Shown: positions 24,500 to 37,903, counted from the whole stretch's first letter. The stretch is DNA of 63,904 nt, filler included, from Octopus bimaculoides (GCF_001194135.2; 5 parts of 5 records of this genome joined end to end with filler, not necessarily neighbours in it), one strand, 5' to 3'. Translations and numbers: made by a program. The notes: a model not told the origin generated them from the letters alone.

Positions 24500-25288
24500 T
24501 ATCATCATCATCATTGATTAATGTCTATTTTCCATGCTGGCATGGGTCGGAAGGTTTCACTGACGTCTGGAGAGCCAGCAGCTGCACCAGGACCCAATCT
24601 CATCTGGCAGAGTTTCTACAGCCGGATGCCCTTCCTAATGCCAACCACTCTGAGAGTGTAGTGGGTGCTTTTACGTGCCACTGGCATGGGAGCCAGTATG
24701 GAGGGTCTGGCAATGATCATGTTCGGATGGTGCTTTTTATTTGCCACTGGCATGGGAACCAGTACCCGTCTCCTGTCATTGCCCCTGTGAGGCCCAATGT
24801 TTGAAGACCATGCTTCACCACCTCATCTCATGTCTTCCTGGGTCTACCTCTTCCACACCACATCTGATGTTTATTATGCCCAAACTTTTCTCTCAGGAAG
24901 CTTACACTCAGTCGTGTATGCACAGACATTACGCATCCAGTGGATCATACTAGCTTCATTTCTTTCAAGCCTACACATACCTTTCACTCTGAGCAAGAGG
25001 CCCTTAGTTGCCAGCAAACGTAGGAGCTCCCTGAACTCTGCCCAGTCCATTCTTATTCTAGTCGCTACACTCTCAGCGTAATCACCCCCACAACAGACTT
25101 CGTCGCCTAGGTAGCAGAAGCTATTAACTACTCCTAGTTTCTTCCCCTGGCATGTGATGGAATGTTTTCTGTACATCTTCAGTGTTTATTGCCCCAGTGC
25201 ATCTGCCACACACAAAAACTACCTTGCCAGTTAACCTTCCTTTGATATTGCTGCACCGTTTATGTGTCCATAGCTCACATCTGCACAA
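24500..25288 (-). mobile_element. RTE-clade LINE 3' fragment including 3' UTR and (GAT)n tail
   Basis: Minus-strand ORF 24874-25176 ATRIRMDWAEFRELL...RLERNEASMIHWMRNV, a GRPRKTW-like remnant, the RTE tail and a catcatcat end. Confidence 0.9.
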
Positions 25289-25523
25289 ATAGGACAGATG
25301 TCTCTTTCCACAACTGAATTAAGTGGGTATATGTGTTGGATTGCTTGCATGTGTATGTGTCTTGAGGTCTCAGTGGTAGAATGGGAGGCTGAAACACTCC
25401 ATCGATTTGGCCTTGTTTACATTGCACTTCCATAAACAACCAAACCCCAGACGCTAGTACAGAGTCGGGGTGGTTGTTGTAGATTAAGACAGAAAAATAG
25501 GGAGAGAAAGAGAAACACAAGAC

Positions 25524-25598
<75 letters not shown>

Positions 25599-25683
25599 TA
25601 CATAGATAGGAGAAGAATGGATAGTGAGAGAAACAGATACATACATATATATATATATATATATATGTATATGTATGTATATA

Positions 25684-26582
25684 ATGATAATAATGATGAT
25701 GTTTTGAATGGTACAACAATGCACTATAATAACTGATATAATATTTCGGAATATAAAAATTCCTTCTGATATCCCTAGGAATTGATCAAGTCACTGCTAC
25801 AATCGCTTTTCCAACGGCTTTATTCCAACCGTTGGAAAATCGATTGTAACTGTGACTCAATCAATCCCTAGGGATATCTGTTGAAGGAATTTTTATATTC
25901 CGAAATACTATGGATGATTAAATTATAAACGGTTATTATACTCCATTGTTATTATCATGGTGCATTGTTGGGATCTATTTTAAAATGGGGGCCACATTTT
26001 TCATTAATGTTTTACGTAGTGTTTTTGGTACGGAAAGACTTTCAAACTTCGTATACTTATCTATTTTGTGTTATAGAACAGAAAAATATTTTTGTATTCG
26101 AATTTATTTCATGTAAAAAATTGTCTTATTTCGATAATTTCAACCAATCACTGACAAGTATTCAGTTGTTTACATTTACTCCTTTGGCTGATTAAGCCAT
26201 AGCTTCGTTTTATTTGCTTTTTTCATTTTCTTTTTTTTTTTCTTCGTTTTATTTGCTTTTTTCTTTTTAAATTTGCTGTTTTACCCTAACCCTAACCCCA
26301 ATAGAATTGTTTCAGAATCGTTTGTTTATGTAGTCGGCACTTAATGTATATCGGCTGAATGGACGTCAGTGATTGGTTGAAATTACAGAAATACAACAAC
26401 TTTAACATGGAAAAACTTATGGATTTCTTTTTTTTTTTAAGAAGACTAAGAGAAAAAGATGTTTTATATGACACATTCAACCAGTGTTCCAAGTTTCAAA
26501 GTGCTTCGTTAATGAAAAATGTGGCCCCCGTTTTAAAAAAGATCCCATTGTTGTACCATTCAAAACACATTATTATTATTTT
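25684..26582. mobile_element. Non-autonomous DNA transposon with long TIRs and an internal (CCCTAA)n tract
   Basis: gttttgaatggtacaacaatg (25701) pairs with cattgttgtaccattcaaaac (26546); 25971-26168 pairs with 26352-26545; taaccctaaccc at about 26282-26298. Confidence 0.8.
25714..25970. mobile_element. Foldback palindrome nested in the left arm of the TIR element
   Basis: 25742-25817 pairs with 25829-25907 (11-nt loop); outer caacaatgcac...gtgcattgttg. Confidence 0.85.
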
Positions 26583-27279
26583 CTTATAAACAATAATACT
26601 CTCCTGTATGTATATACAGAGCGAAAGAGAGACAGGCAGATGCAGAGAGATAAAGCTATATAGACAGGCAAATAGAGAGAAATAGATAGGGAGAAGAATG
26701 GATAGAGAGACAGATACATAGATACATACATACACACCCACAATCAAGCACACGCACACCAGACTGATATCATTTGTCTTTACCACTTCTCATAGATCTG
26801 TGTGTATATATGTTTTATACATCACTCTCTCTATATATATATGGATGTAAATATTCATGCATACTTACATATACATATTTACACGCCCACCTACACATAA
26901 ATACATACATATACACACCCACCCAAATGCAGCAGTCATTTCTTTACTTCACTTGTCTTCCGTCTATATCAAGGTTTTCCTTTCTTCTTCTTTGTGTCTA
27001 AATTAATCATAATTCCTAATTATGACTGACTACTGACACAATAATTTTTTTCATTCAACATTATTTAATTCATAAAAATGCTGACAATGTCTGTTTTACT
27101 GCAAATAAATCATTTAGACCAACTTTTTTAAGCTTGTTTTACGCTTTATTTATTCCATTGTTTTTTTTTTTTTTTNNNNNNNNNNNNNNNNNNNNNNNNN
27201 NNNNNNNNNNNNNNNNNNNNNNNNNNNNNNNNNNNNNNNNNNNNNNNNNNNNNNNNNNNNNNNNNNNNNNNNNNNTGGC

Positions 27280-27500
27280 CAACAAATTCTTTAATTAATT
27301 TTTTTAACCATATAGTTTGAAACTTTGTATACTGGAAGAATATCTCATACAAACCATGGTTTGCTTCGAACATTTTTGGCAAAATTTCGTATTGCAGAGT
27401 TGTCGATTTTGGGAAATCTTAGCCAATCAACGATGTGTATTCAGTTGAAGACAGCTGCTGCTGTTTGCGAGTGATAGAAGAGGAACAACTTCCGGGTCAA
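27280..27500. mobile_element. Arm of the same TIR family (one-sided), partly duplicated at 27795-27872
   Basis: agccaatcaacgatgtgtattcagttgaa...ctgctgtttgcga...aacaacttccgggtc is the reverse-complement homolog of 38390-38580. Confidence 0.7.
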
Positions 27501-29355
27501 CTCTACTAAAGTTTGCATATTGCAAATTTTCTTCTTTTTTGTTCTCACCTCGGAGTAACTAATAAAGATATAGAGCTACGGGTACACAGCCATCTCTGTT
27601 GGTGTAGACGTGTATGTAGTTTCAAAATGGGATTTATTCCATCTCATGCAGATTTTTTAGTTGATTTTTTAAAAACTAAACCCTTTAAAACTTCAGATAC
27701 TGGTAGAATGTGTCACGTAGAACAGCGTTTACTCTTAATGAATTTAACAAAATTTTCCTCATTTTGGAAATTATTTCCTGTTAAAGTTGTGTCTGGGTAA
27801 TATTTAACCAATCAATGATGTGTATTCAGTTGAAGAAAATTATTGCTGCTGTTTGCGAACAACTTCCGGGTCCATTGACAAAACGATGAATCTTCAACAA
27901 GAAAATTTAAACTAAAAATCACCCCCCAACAAAACTCTTCTTTTATAACCAGAGATTGTTTTTATAGCAACACATCTGAGAATGTGTCCATTTATCTATT
28001 TATTTAATCAAAATAAGCAACAGGATATCTAGAAGTAATGCAGTATAACTATTTCAAGTGGTTCCATTTAAGTGAACAATGCAATCATTACATCAATTTA
28101 AATGCAGGGCTATCCTCAGCTGCATAAAGAGATACATAGAAATTTTTTTAATCAGTTGGACACATTTGTATAATTTTACTTAAATACTCTAATACGGTAA
28201 GAAGACAAATTTGATGCTGTTGTCTCTTCAGCTTAGAAATTTCTAAGACATCAGGGAAAAAATTTGTTTGGGTCAAAGCTTGTCACGGACTTTGGTTCAG
28301 TTTTAATTTATTAGTCTTTATTGAATCTAAGACTAGAGAATAGTATCTGTTCGGAAAGGGCATGAGGGAGATGAGAGAATCATAGTGGGTATAGCCATAA
28401 AACTTGCCAAGATTATTTTGAAGTATATATATATATATATATTTATTATATATATACACACACACACACATTGATAATAGGCAGCATTTACAGTGATGAT
28501 GGCCAAATTTGTGTTTGATAAGTGCCAATACACGAAACTCTCAGCTTTTGACTTACTCTCTAACTTCTACTCATCACTGACTCTCCAACTTCTGCCGATA
28601 ATATATATATATATATATATATGTGAAGAAAAATCTCATCACGCAACTGAACCAATAAAAGAGCTTCTACCTGGTTGGCTAACACGCTAAAAATAGCAGC
28701 CAACACATCCCCCTACCTAAATCGCATGCTCATTCTACGTAATGTCCTAGATTACCCCAAAATCTTTGATGATAGGTTTGCTGAATCAGGGTTGATTTGC
28801 ATTTTGTCTATTTAATGAAAAGAATCATAACCTGGACTCTTGGAAATTTATCTCTGTAAAGTTTAATTCAAAGAAACTATTCTTCAGAAACAAACAAGGA
28901 AAAAGTCTCCTCTGTTCTGCAATTGGCGGTCATTGTTTACAATATTACAGTGTATGAAAACAATCAAGACTTTTCTTATTGTATAACATATTTAATATGT
29001 GAAGCGTTTAAAAGATAATACATATATATATACAGAAATTTAAGGATGTGATATTCACCACAGAATAATGTGTGGGGTTGTCAAGCAGAAGAGTTTAAAT
29101 ATAGGGGTTCTTACACCATTGAAAGGAATCTGCACTCGTAGTTGTGGAGCAAAGAGAGGTAAAAATTGCACAAAGGAAAGAAGAAAAATATAAACGTTTT
29201 AAAATACTTTCGTCATATCTTCCATTGCAGGAAGCGCAGGAATATTAAAAATTCATACCAAATAAACTGTTTTTCATTTCTCTCCTTCATGAATACATTT
29301 GTGGTTTCATGAATTACAATTTTGAGACCAAGATATAACAATGATATGGTTACTC

Positions 29356-30807
29356 TCAAGTATGAATATATCTGTGTCTAGTTACGTGACTACTGTGAGA
29401 GAATGATTTACCACAGATATCACAATGATATGGTTTCTCTCCTGTATGAGTACGTTTGTGTCCAGTTAACTGAATATTTTGAGAGAATGATTTACCACAG
29501 ATATCACAGTGATATGGTTTCTCTCCCGTATGAATATGTTTATGTATTGTTAAGACACAACTGTGAGAGAATGATTTACCACAGATATCACAATGATATG
29601 GTTTCTCTCCAGTATGAATACGTCTGTGCTTAGTTAATGTACTACTATCAGAGAATGATTTACCACAGATATCACAGTGGTATGGTTTCTCTCCTGTATG
29701 AATACGTTTATGTGCAATTAAGACACAATTAAGAGAGAATGATTTACCACAGATATCACAGTGATATGGTTTCTCTCCTGTATGAATATCTTTGTGTGTA
29801 GTTAAGTGAATACGTTGAGAGAATGATTTACCACAGATATCACAGTGATAAGGTTTCTCTCCTGTATGAATACGTTTGTGTATAGTTAAGACACATCTAT
29901 GAGAGAATGATTTACCACAGATATCACAATGATATGGTTTCTCTCCAGTATGAGTACGTTTGTGCTTAGTTAATGTACTACTATCAGAGAATGATTTACC
30001 ACAGATATCACAGTGATATGGTTTCTCCCCTGTATGAATACGTTTATGTGCAGTTAAGACACAATTAAGAGAGAATGATTTACCACAGATATCACAATGA
30101 TATGGCTTCTCTCCTGTATGAGTACGTTTATGTTTAGTTAAGATAGAACCACGAGAGAATGATTTACTACAGACATCACAATGATATGGTCCTTTTTCTG
30201 TATGAATACGTTTGTGTTTAGATAAGTTACTACTGTTAGAGAATGATTTATCACAGATATCACATTGATATGGTTTCTCTCCTGTATGAATACGTTTGTG
30301 ACTAGATAAGTTACTACTGTTGGAGAATGATTTACCACAGATATCACATTGATATGGTTTCTCTCCTGTATGAATACGTTTGTGACTAGATAAGTTACTA
30401 TTGTTCGAGAATGATTTACCACAGATATCACATTGATATGGTTTCTCTCCTGCATGAATACGTTTGTGACTAGGTAAGTTACTACTGTTGGAGAATGATT
30501 TACCACAGATATCACAAGGATATAGTTTTTCACCTGTATGAATACGTTTATGTTTAGTTAAGACCCAACTATGAGAGAATGATTTACCACAGATTTCACA
30601 AGGATATGGTTTCTCTCCTGTATGAATACGTTTGTGTCTACATAACTGACTACTGTTAGAGAATGATTTACCACAGATATCACAATGATATAGTTTCTCT
30701 CCTGTGTGAATATATTTGTGTACAGTTAAGTTACTATTTTGAGAGAATGATTTACCACAGATATCACAAGGATATGGTTTCTCTCCTGTATGAATACGTT
30801 TGTGCAT
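29356..30807 (-). CDS. C2H2 (Kruppel-type) zinc-finger protein, 483 aa, 17 tandem fingers
   Basis: Uninterrupted ORF of C-x2-C-x12-H-x3-H repeats with TGEKPY linkers; no KRAB or other effector domain visible in this exon. Confidence 0.93.
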   Translation of the reverse strand: MHKRIHTGEKPYPCDICGKSFSQNSNLTVHKYIHTGEKLYHCDICGKSFSNSSQLCRHKRIHTGEKPYPCEICGKSFSHSWVLTKHKRIHTGEKLYPCDICGKSFSNSSNLPSHKRIHAGEKPYQCDICGKSFSNNSNLSSHKRIHTGEKPYQCDICGKSFSNSSNLSSHKRIHTGEKPYQCDICDKSFSNSSNLSKHKRIHTEKGPYHCDVCSKSFSRGSILTKHKRTHTGEKPYHCDICGKSFSLNCVLTAHKRIHTGEKPYHCDICGKSFSDSSTLTKHKRTHTGEKPYHCDICGKSFSHRCVLTIHKRIHTGEKPYHCDICGKSFSQRIHLTTHKDIHTGEKPYHCDICGKSFSLNCVLIAHKRIHTGEKPYHCDICGKSFSDSSTLTKHRRIHTGEKPYHCDICGKSFSHSCVLTIHKHIHTGEKPYHCDICGKSFSQNIQLTGHKRTHTGEKPYHCDICGKSFSHSSHVTRHRYIHT

Positions 30808-31277
30808 AATTAGGTTATATTCTTTAAAAGAAGGACTTTCTACAGATATCAGTCATATGACCCTATCTCTTTTATCATGTGTTGAGAGGAAATCTATTCT
30901 ACAATTTTCTCATTCTTTTCCATCACTTTCTCTTTCAGATCCCAGTTTATGCATTTTTCTTGCTTTTTCTTCTTGTATTTTATGCCTTACAAACACTTTT
31001 ACTGCTCTATTTCTATCCAGTGTTACCCTTTTTTAGCAACACTTGCATAAATTTATCTAACTTTAATTAGTACATGGGCACCTCTTCTTGACGCTCCAGT
31101 GAGTGATGTTCACAAATTTTGTGAATAATATTATTTCAGAGCAAACGTTTCACAGGAATTCTACCAGAAATTCATAGAAAGAATCTAATACATCGTTTTC
31201 ATATAAAAGTTTCCCTCAGCTTTTAAAACATGGTAGATATTGAGGTCTCTTCTGTTATGTCAGCATCATTTGATGTT
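30808..31277 (-). other. 5' part of the ZNF exon: decayed coding leader, now UTR-like, with splice acceptor at 31278-31280
   Basis: Minus strand ttctctataatttcag|aacatc; remnant [30 protein letters not shown] with a stop and frameshifts; homologous to 37424-37903. Confidence 0.65.
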
Positions 31278-31436
31278 CTGAAATTATAGAGAAACAACAG
31301 TGTAAGATGTAGAGGCTAATGAAAAAATAGATTCATTTCTATTGAGATAATCTGTAGAAATAAACATTTATCTTAACAACTGAGCTGGATGCTGACAGCT
31401 CCATAAAGAATGGCCAATCTTTAAATGTAGATTGAA

Positions 31437-31860
31437 GATGTGGAAGTGGAACATCCAGGAAGACAGGGTATAAAGTTCTGAAGAACCTTTCAGGTGAGAT
31501 GACAAAGGGACAAAATTCCTGGCGACTTGCTCTACTCAAGATCTGCAGTCCATACCAAGAGTGTTAAGACATATCCCTCTGGAGGCAAAAAGCACTTGTG
31601 GCCATTCCCCGTAGAAGCAGCCTTGTAAAAGTGCTGTCATGTTAATGGGTCCATGTTATGTCATGTATAAGTACCCATGCATCTTCACAGTGCCCATGTG
31701 GTGCCATATAAAAGCACCCTGCACAATATGAAGTGGTTGGCACTACAGAAAGCATCCTGTAGAAATCAGGAGAAATCAATGGGAGTCTGCTACAGCTTTC
31801 CAGCCCTGGTCAAACCATCCAACCCATTCCAGCATGGACAATGGACATTAAATGATGACG
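31437..31860 (+). mobile_element. Decayed RTE LINE 3' end, antisense in the ZNF intron
   Basis: tgtggaagtggaacatccaggaagac (GRPRKTW-like remnant) then gtggtgccatataaaagcacc...gtcaaaccatccaacccattccagcatgg. Confidence 0.7.
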
Positions 31861-32814
31861 AACATGTTACTTTAGCAAAATTTATTTTACAGAATCTTGT
31901 GTGATGCTGATATATTTGTAATCTAAACTGACACCTTCACATTGTGTAATAGTTTTAAAATAAAACAACAGAATTATGGACACTAACATTAGTCTTTCTC
32001 CAGAAATATAATTTGTCATTGTTGTTTAGATCAGGTCATTTCTGACAGAGCAGATATGTGATTATAGACATTCCATCCATGAAAATCCTGTCTCTTTGTA
32101 TAGTGTTGAATATCTGACACCAACTCGGCTGAAACCGCCTCTGAATCTGTAGTATAAATGTCTTGATTTCTTAAGTTTTGAATTAAAATCTTCCACCAGA
32201 CCATAGTTACAATTTATGTTCCTAACACCAGCTTAATGATAAATAAGTTATTTAATTAAATTCTTTGTTATATTTAAAATTAATTGAAAGGAACACAGAG
32301 CATCTCCAAATAAATACGGTAACAAAAAGGGTTAAAGGAAATAAATATATTTATTCTGATAAAAACTCTAATTTGGTACAGATTGATGAAGCACTTGACC
32401 ATGCATAGAAGAAACACACACACACAGTGAATTTTATAGATATAGATGAAAACAATGACCTCTGCAGGAAAACGGAAGTTATTGATGCACGAAATGAGAT
32501 GCGTGAATAGTTATTCAAGATCTCTTAATTTGTTTTGTTACAGATGTTGATCAAGATATGATGGAAATAAATCATCATTTTTGGAAATTTTGATATACTA
32601 CTGTAATTACCTCGGGTTTCTATGGCAAAATACACTTTTTTAAGGACAATTTACTGTCATAGGATATAGATTTTTCATTTAGAAACAGATTTTTTACAGG
32701 AATAAAAAATTAAAACAAAACTATAAAAGATCAAACTCCCTCCCCACCCATCTTCTACTGCTTAATCCCACCTAACCATTTTCTTTCTTTCTTTGCTTCA
32801 TTGGTGAAGTAGTT

Positions 32815-33319
32815 CCATTTTATTATCTCTGCTGATGACCTTGCTCTCATAGCTGAATCACTACCAGAACTAGAGAAGAAATTTCTGAAATTGAAGGGCC
32901 TTAGTCAATGTTGCAAAATCCAGAGTCCTAGTAAGTAGGAAGGCAAACAAATCACAAACTCCTTCAGGTGGATGGCCCTGCTCAATCTGTAGAAAACATT
33001 GAAACTCCATTAGATGTCCCAAGTGTAAGCTATAGATGCATAAGAGGTGCAGCAACATCCTAGGACGGTTAACCAGGATGATAGCTTTTGTGTGCGGCAG
33101 ATGCACAGGGGCAATAAACACCAAAGATGCTCAGAAAACAGATTCCATCACATGCCAGGGGGAGAAACTAGAAATAGTTGATAGCTTCCACTACCTAAGT
33201 GACCAAGTCTGTAGTGGGGGGTGGATGCCCTGAGAGCATTGCCAGTAGAATAAGAATAGCCTGGGCAAAACTCAGAAAGCTCCTACCTCTGCTGGTGACA
33301 AAAGGCCTCTCGCTCAGAG
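32815..33319 (+). mobile_element. RTE-clade LINE RT fragment with PHD-like Cys/His insert
   Basis: (Y)ADDLALIAESLPELEKKF followed by WPCSICRK..NSIRCPKCKL*MHKRCSNILGRLTRMIAFVCGRC and SRIRIAWAKLRKLLPLL; runs into an N gap. Confidence 0.85.
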
Positions 33320-34062
33320 NNNNNNNNNNNNNNNNNNNNNNNNNNNNNNNNNNNNNNNNNNNNNNNNNNNNNNNNNNNNNNNNNNNNNNNNNNNNNNNNN
33401 NNNNNNNNNNNNNNNNNNNNNNNNNNNNNNNNNNNNNNNNNNNNNNNNNNNNNNNNNNNNNNNNNNNNNNNNNNNNNNNNNNNNNNNNNNNNNNNNNNNN
33501 NNNNNNNNNNNNNNNNNNNNNNNNNNNNNNNNNNNNNNNNNNNNNNNNNNNNNNNNNNNNNNNNNNNNNNNNNNNNNNNNNNNNNNNNNNNNNNNNNNNN
33601 NNNNNNNNNNNNNNNNNNNNNNNNNNNNNNNNNNNNNNNNNNNNNNNNNNNNNNNNNNNNNNNNNNNNNNNNNNNNNNNNNNNNNNNNNNNNNNNNNNNN
33701 NNNNNNNNNNNNNNNNNNNNNNNNNNNNNNNNNNNNNNNNNNNNNNNNNNNNNNNNNNNNNNNNNNNNNNNNNNNNNNNNNNNNNNNNNNNNNNNNNNNN
33801 NNNNNNNNNNNNNNNNNNNNNNNNNNNNNNNNNNNNNNNNNNNNNNNNNNNNNNNNNNNNNNNNNNNNNNNNNNNNNNNNNNNNNNNNNNNNNNNNNNNN
33901 NNNNNNNNNNNNNNNNNNNNNNNNNNNNNNNNNNNNNNNNGTAAAGGATAGTGTTGTTATATATGTGTGTATCTGGTAGTTGAGAAAGACATTATAAGAA
34001 TTATAAATGTATTTATAAGATTAAGAGTAATTAACGCAGAGGACATTTAACCGGATATCAAC

Positions 34063-34095
34063 CCGAAGTGGGAAGTTCGCTCAGTGCGCATGCGT
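34063..34095. promoter_or_regulatory. Candidate promoter of the first ZNF gene (ETS-like GGAAGT plus NRF1-like TGCGCATGCG)
   Basis: ccgaagtg-ggaagt (34063-34076) and tgcgcatgcgt (34085-34095) in a CpG-containing patch upstream of the minus-strand ZNF exon. Confidence 0.35.
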
Positions 34096-36469
34096 GGTTC
34101 CTCTTTGTGGTCGCTTAGTGTAATTATCTCTCTTTATGTATCTGTAAAACTGCTGTTGATGTCTGTTTATCCGTGCAGAGGGAGAACTTTATAATTACAA
34201 CCGATTTTCAGATTTTTTACTGTCTTTTTAAGATGGCATATTTTGCGTATGAAAAAAACAAACAAACTAGATTCGTACTGGAATAAAAGAAGTTTCGACT
34301 TACACAAGAGCATGCAGAAATATGATTTATTGTCAAATTTGCTTCTATATGAAACAAAAAACTCACCAATCAAAAAGTGTAAATTTATTTATACATTAAA
34401 AGATATATAACAGTTGTTGATAACAGCTTCCCAACACTATGTCTACATTGTTGAGATAACTTACATCTGTGATATTTTAATATAAATAATGTCTTATAGA
34501 TTTTGAAATTATTTTGCAAGAAAATTCATCTTACACCAATATTGTTATATTTGTGAGGAGTCATAATTAATATTGGTTATTAACGCACTCACCAGTTGTT
34601 TGTGTATATTTCACACCAGTGTACAGCCGTCTCAATTATATCATGAAAAATATTTTTTGAACATAGGCTTCGGAAATTACAACCCCTGAATTTTACCAAC
34701 ATTTTGTAGAATATTCATAATGTTGTATTTAGAGTATTATTGGAAATGAGAAAAGTTCATTTTCATTAAAAAAAAAATTATTGAGAAACAATTAAAAAAC
34801 CTCTTCTCAGAGATGACTGACAATATTACAGAACAATTCTTGTGTTAGCAATAAATATAGAAACTGTATAAAGACATTGTAGGATTTCATCTAACAGTAA
34901 TGGGATATGTTTTTGTGTGTGTGTCCATGTGTATGTGAGATTGTCCATGTGGTCACCTGAAAGGGAATTATGCAGTTTACAAACATTCTCTTGTTCTCAA
35001 TTCTACTTTGGTTCTACTCCTAATTTCAAGAAGAAATATGTTGCACAACACCATTTTCTAAGACTTCCTTTAGCAACTGTTTCACTTGCTGAACATCTCT
35101 TCCATTTGAAGCCTCAAATCATTCCCTATGCCTTCGAATGGTCCATATTGAGATTTTCAAATTCTTATGAAGGTGCTTTAAAGAAATGTCAGTCATGTAA
35201 CATATGAAGTTTTAGAAATTGTTAAGGCTGACCAACATTCTTTACTTAATTCCAACAGATTATGGTAAACTGTCGTCCTTCAAACTCCTTTCTTTTCTCC
35301 AAATATACCAAGTGTAAAGATAAAAATTAAAATATATCTTTCACTCTTTTATTATTAGTTAGCTACAAACCACTTAGAACTATAATTACTACAGCAAAAT
35401 GAATTTCATTTTAGGTTCAAGGAAGCTTTAACTGAGCATGCGTATTTGATATCAAGTTCACATATATATTCAAGTATAAGATGTATTTGAGGCCCTATTT
35501 CGTAATCTTATAAAACTGCTCACATCTGACAAAAACCAAATACATCTAAATAAAATCTTGTTCTTTTAAGATTGTTCTATGAATCCATCTTCACTCCCAA
35601 ATTACAGGCTTTGTACCCATCTCAGAAAGGATCATTTTTATGTCTGGCTGACTAATATAATATTTGAAAGTCACCAAATCATCTCCTCACTCCAAGCCTT
35701 TCATGTCATGTGAAATATATACAAATACATATAAATACACACACATATATATAAACAGCAGTGACATATTGTTTATAAGCATATATCCACACACGGTATA
35801 TACATACACAGAAATAAACACACAACACTCAGATATATTATATATGTATAGTTTTATGCACAATGTATATATATTCTTTTTTGCTGTCACAGATTTTGAA
35901 CCTTCAAAATTAACTGAAAATGTTCAAAGTTCGTATTTCGATGTACTTTTTCACACAAAATCTAAGTCTGAGATTTACTTATTCTGGAAAAACTTCGTAA
36001 AACGGGATTTGTATATGATTTGTGATAAAATGCAAGTAAACATAAGACAAAGTTTTACCCAAATTGAGAGCAATGCATGAGAGATAATACATATATAGAG
36101 AGAGTGGTAGCTAGCAAAGACAGATAGACTGATGGTGATAGTGGGAGAGTAGATGTAAATGTTAAGTTACTTCTCATAGCAAATTGTATTTCTTTTTATT
36201 ATTTATGGACGATTTTCTCTTTGGGATGCAGATTTCGAAAGTGAAATTCGTTTTTTCTTGAAAACGTAAACGTTTCAGAGCTTTTCAGGTCTAAACACAC
36301 CATAGACTGAAAAACAAAAGGAGCTAACAAGAGTAAGCTGTCAGAAATAATTCATATAAAAGATACATTTATATGATGCCTTTCAGAAATTTTACACATC
36401 TGCGATTTGGCAAATATATACATTGGTACATTTGGTATTCAGGCTAAATTTCATATGACAATGATATGG

Positions 36470-37903
<1,434 letters not shown>

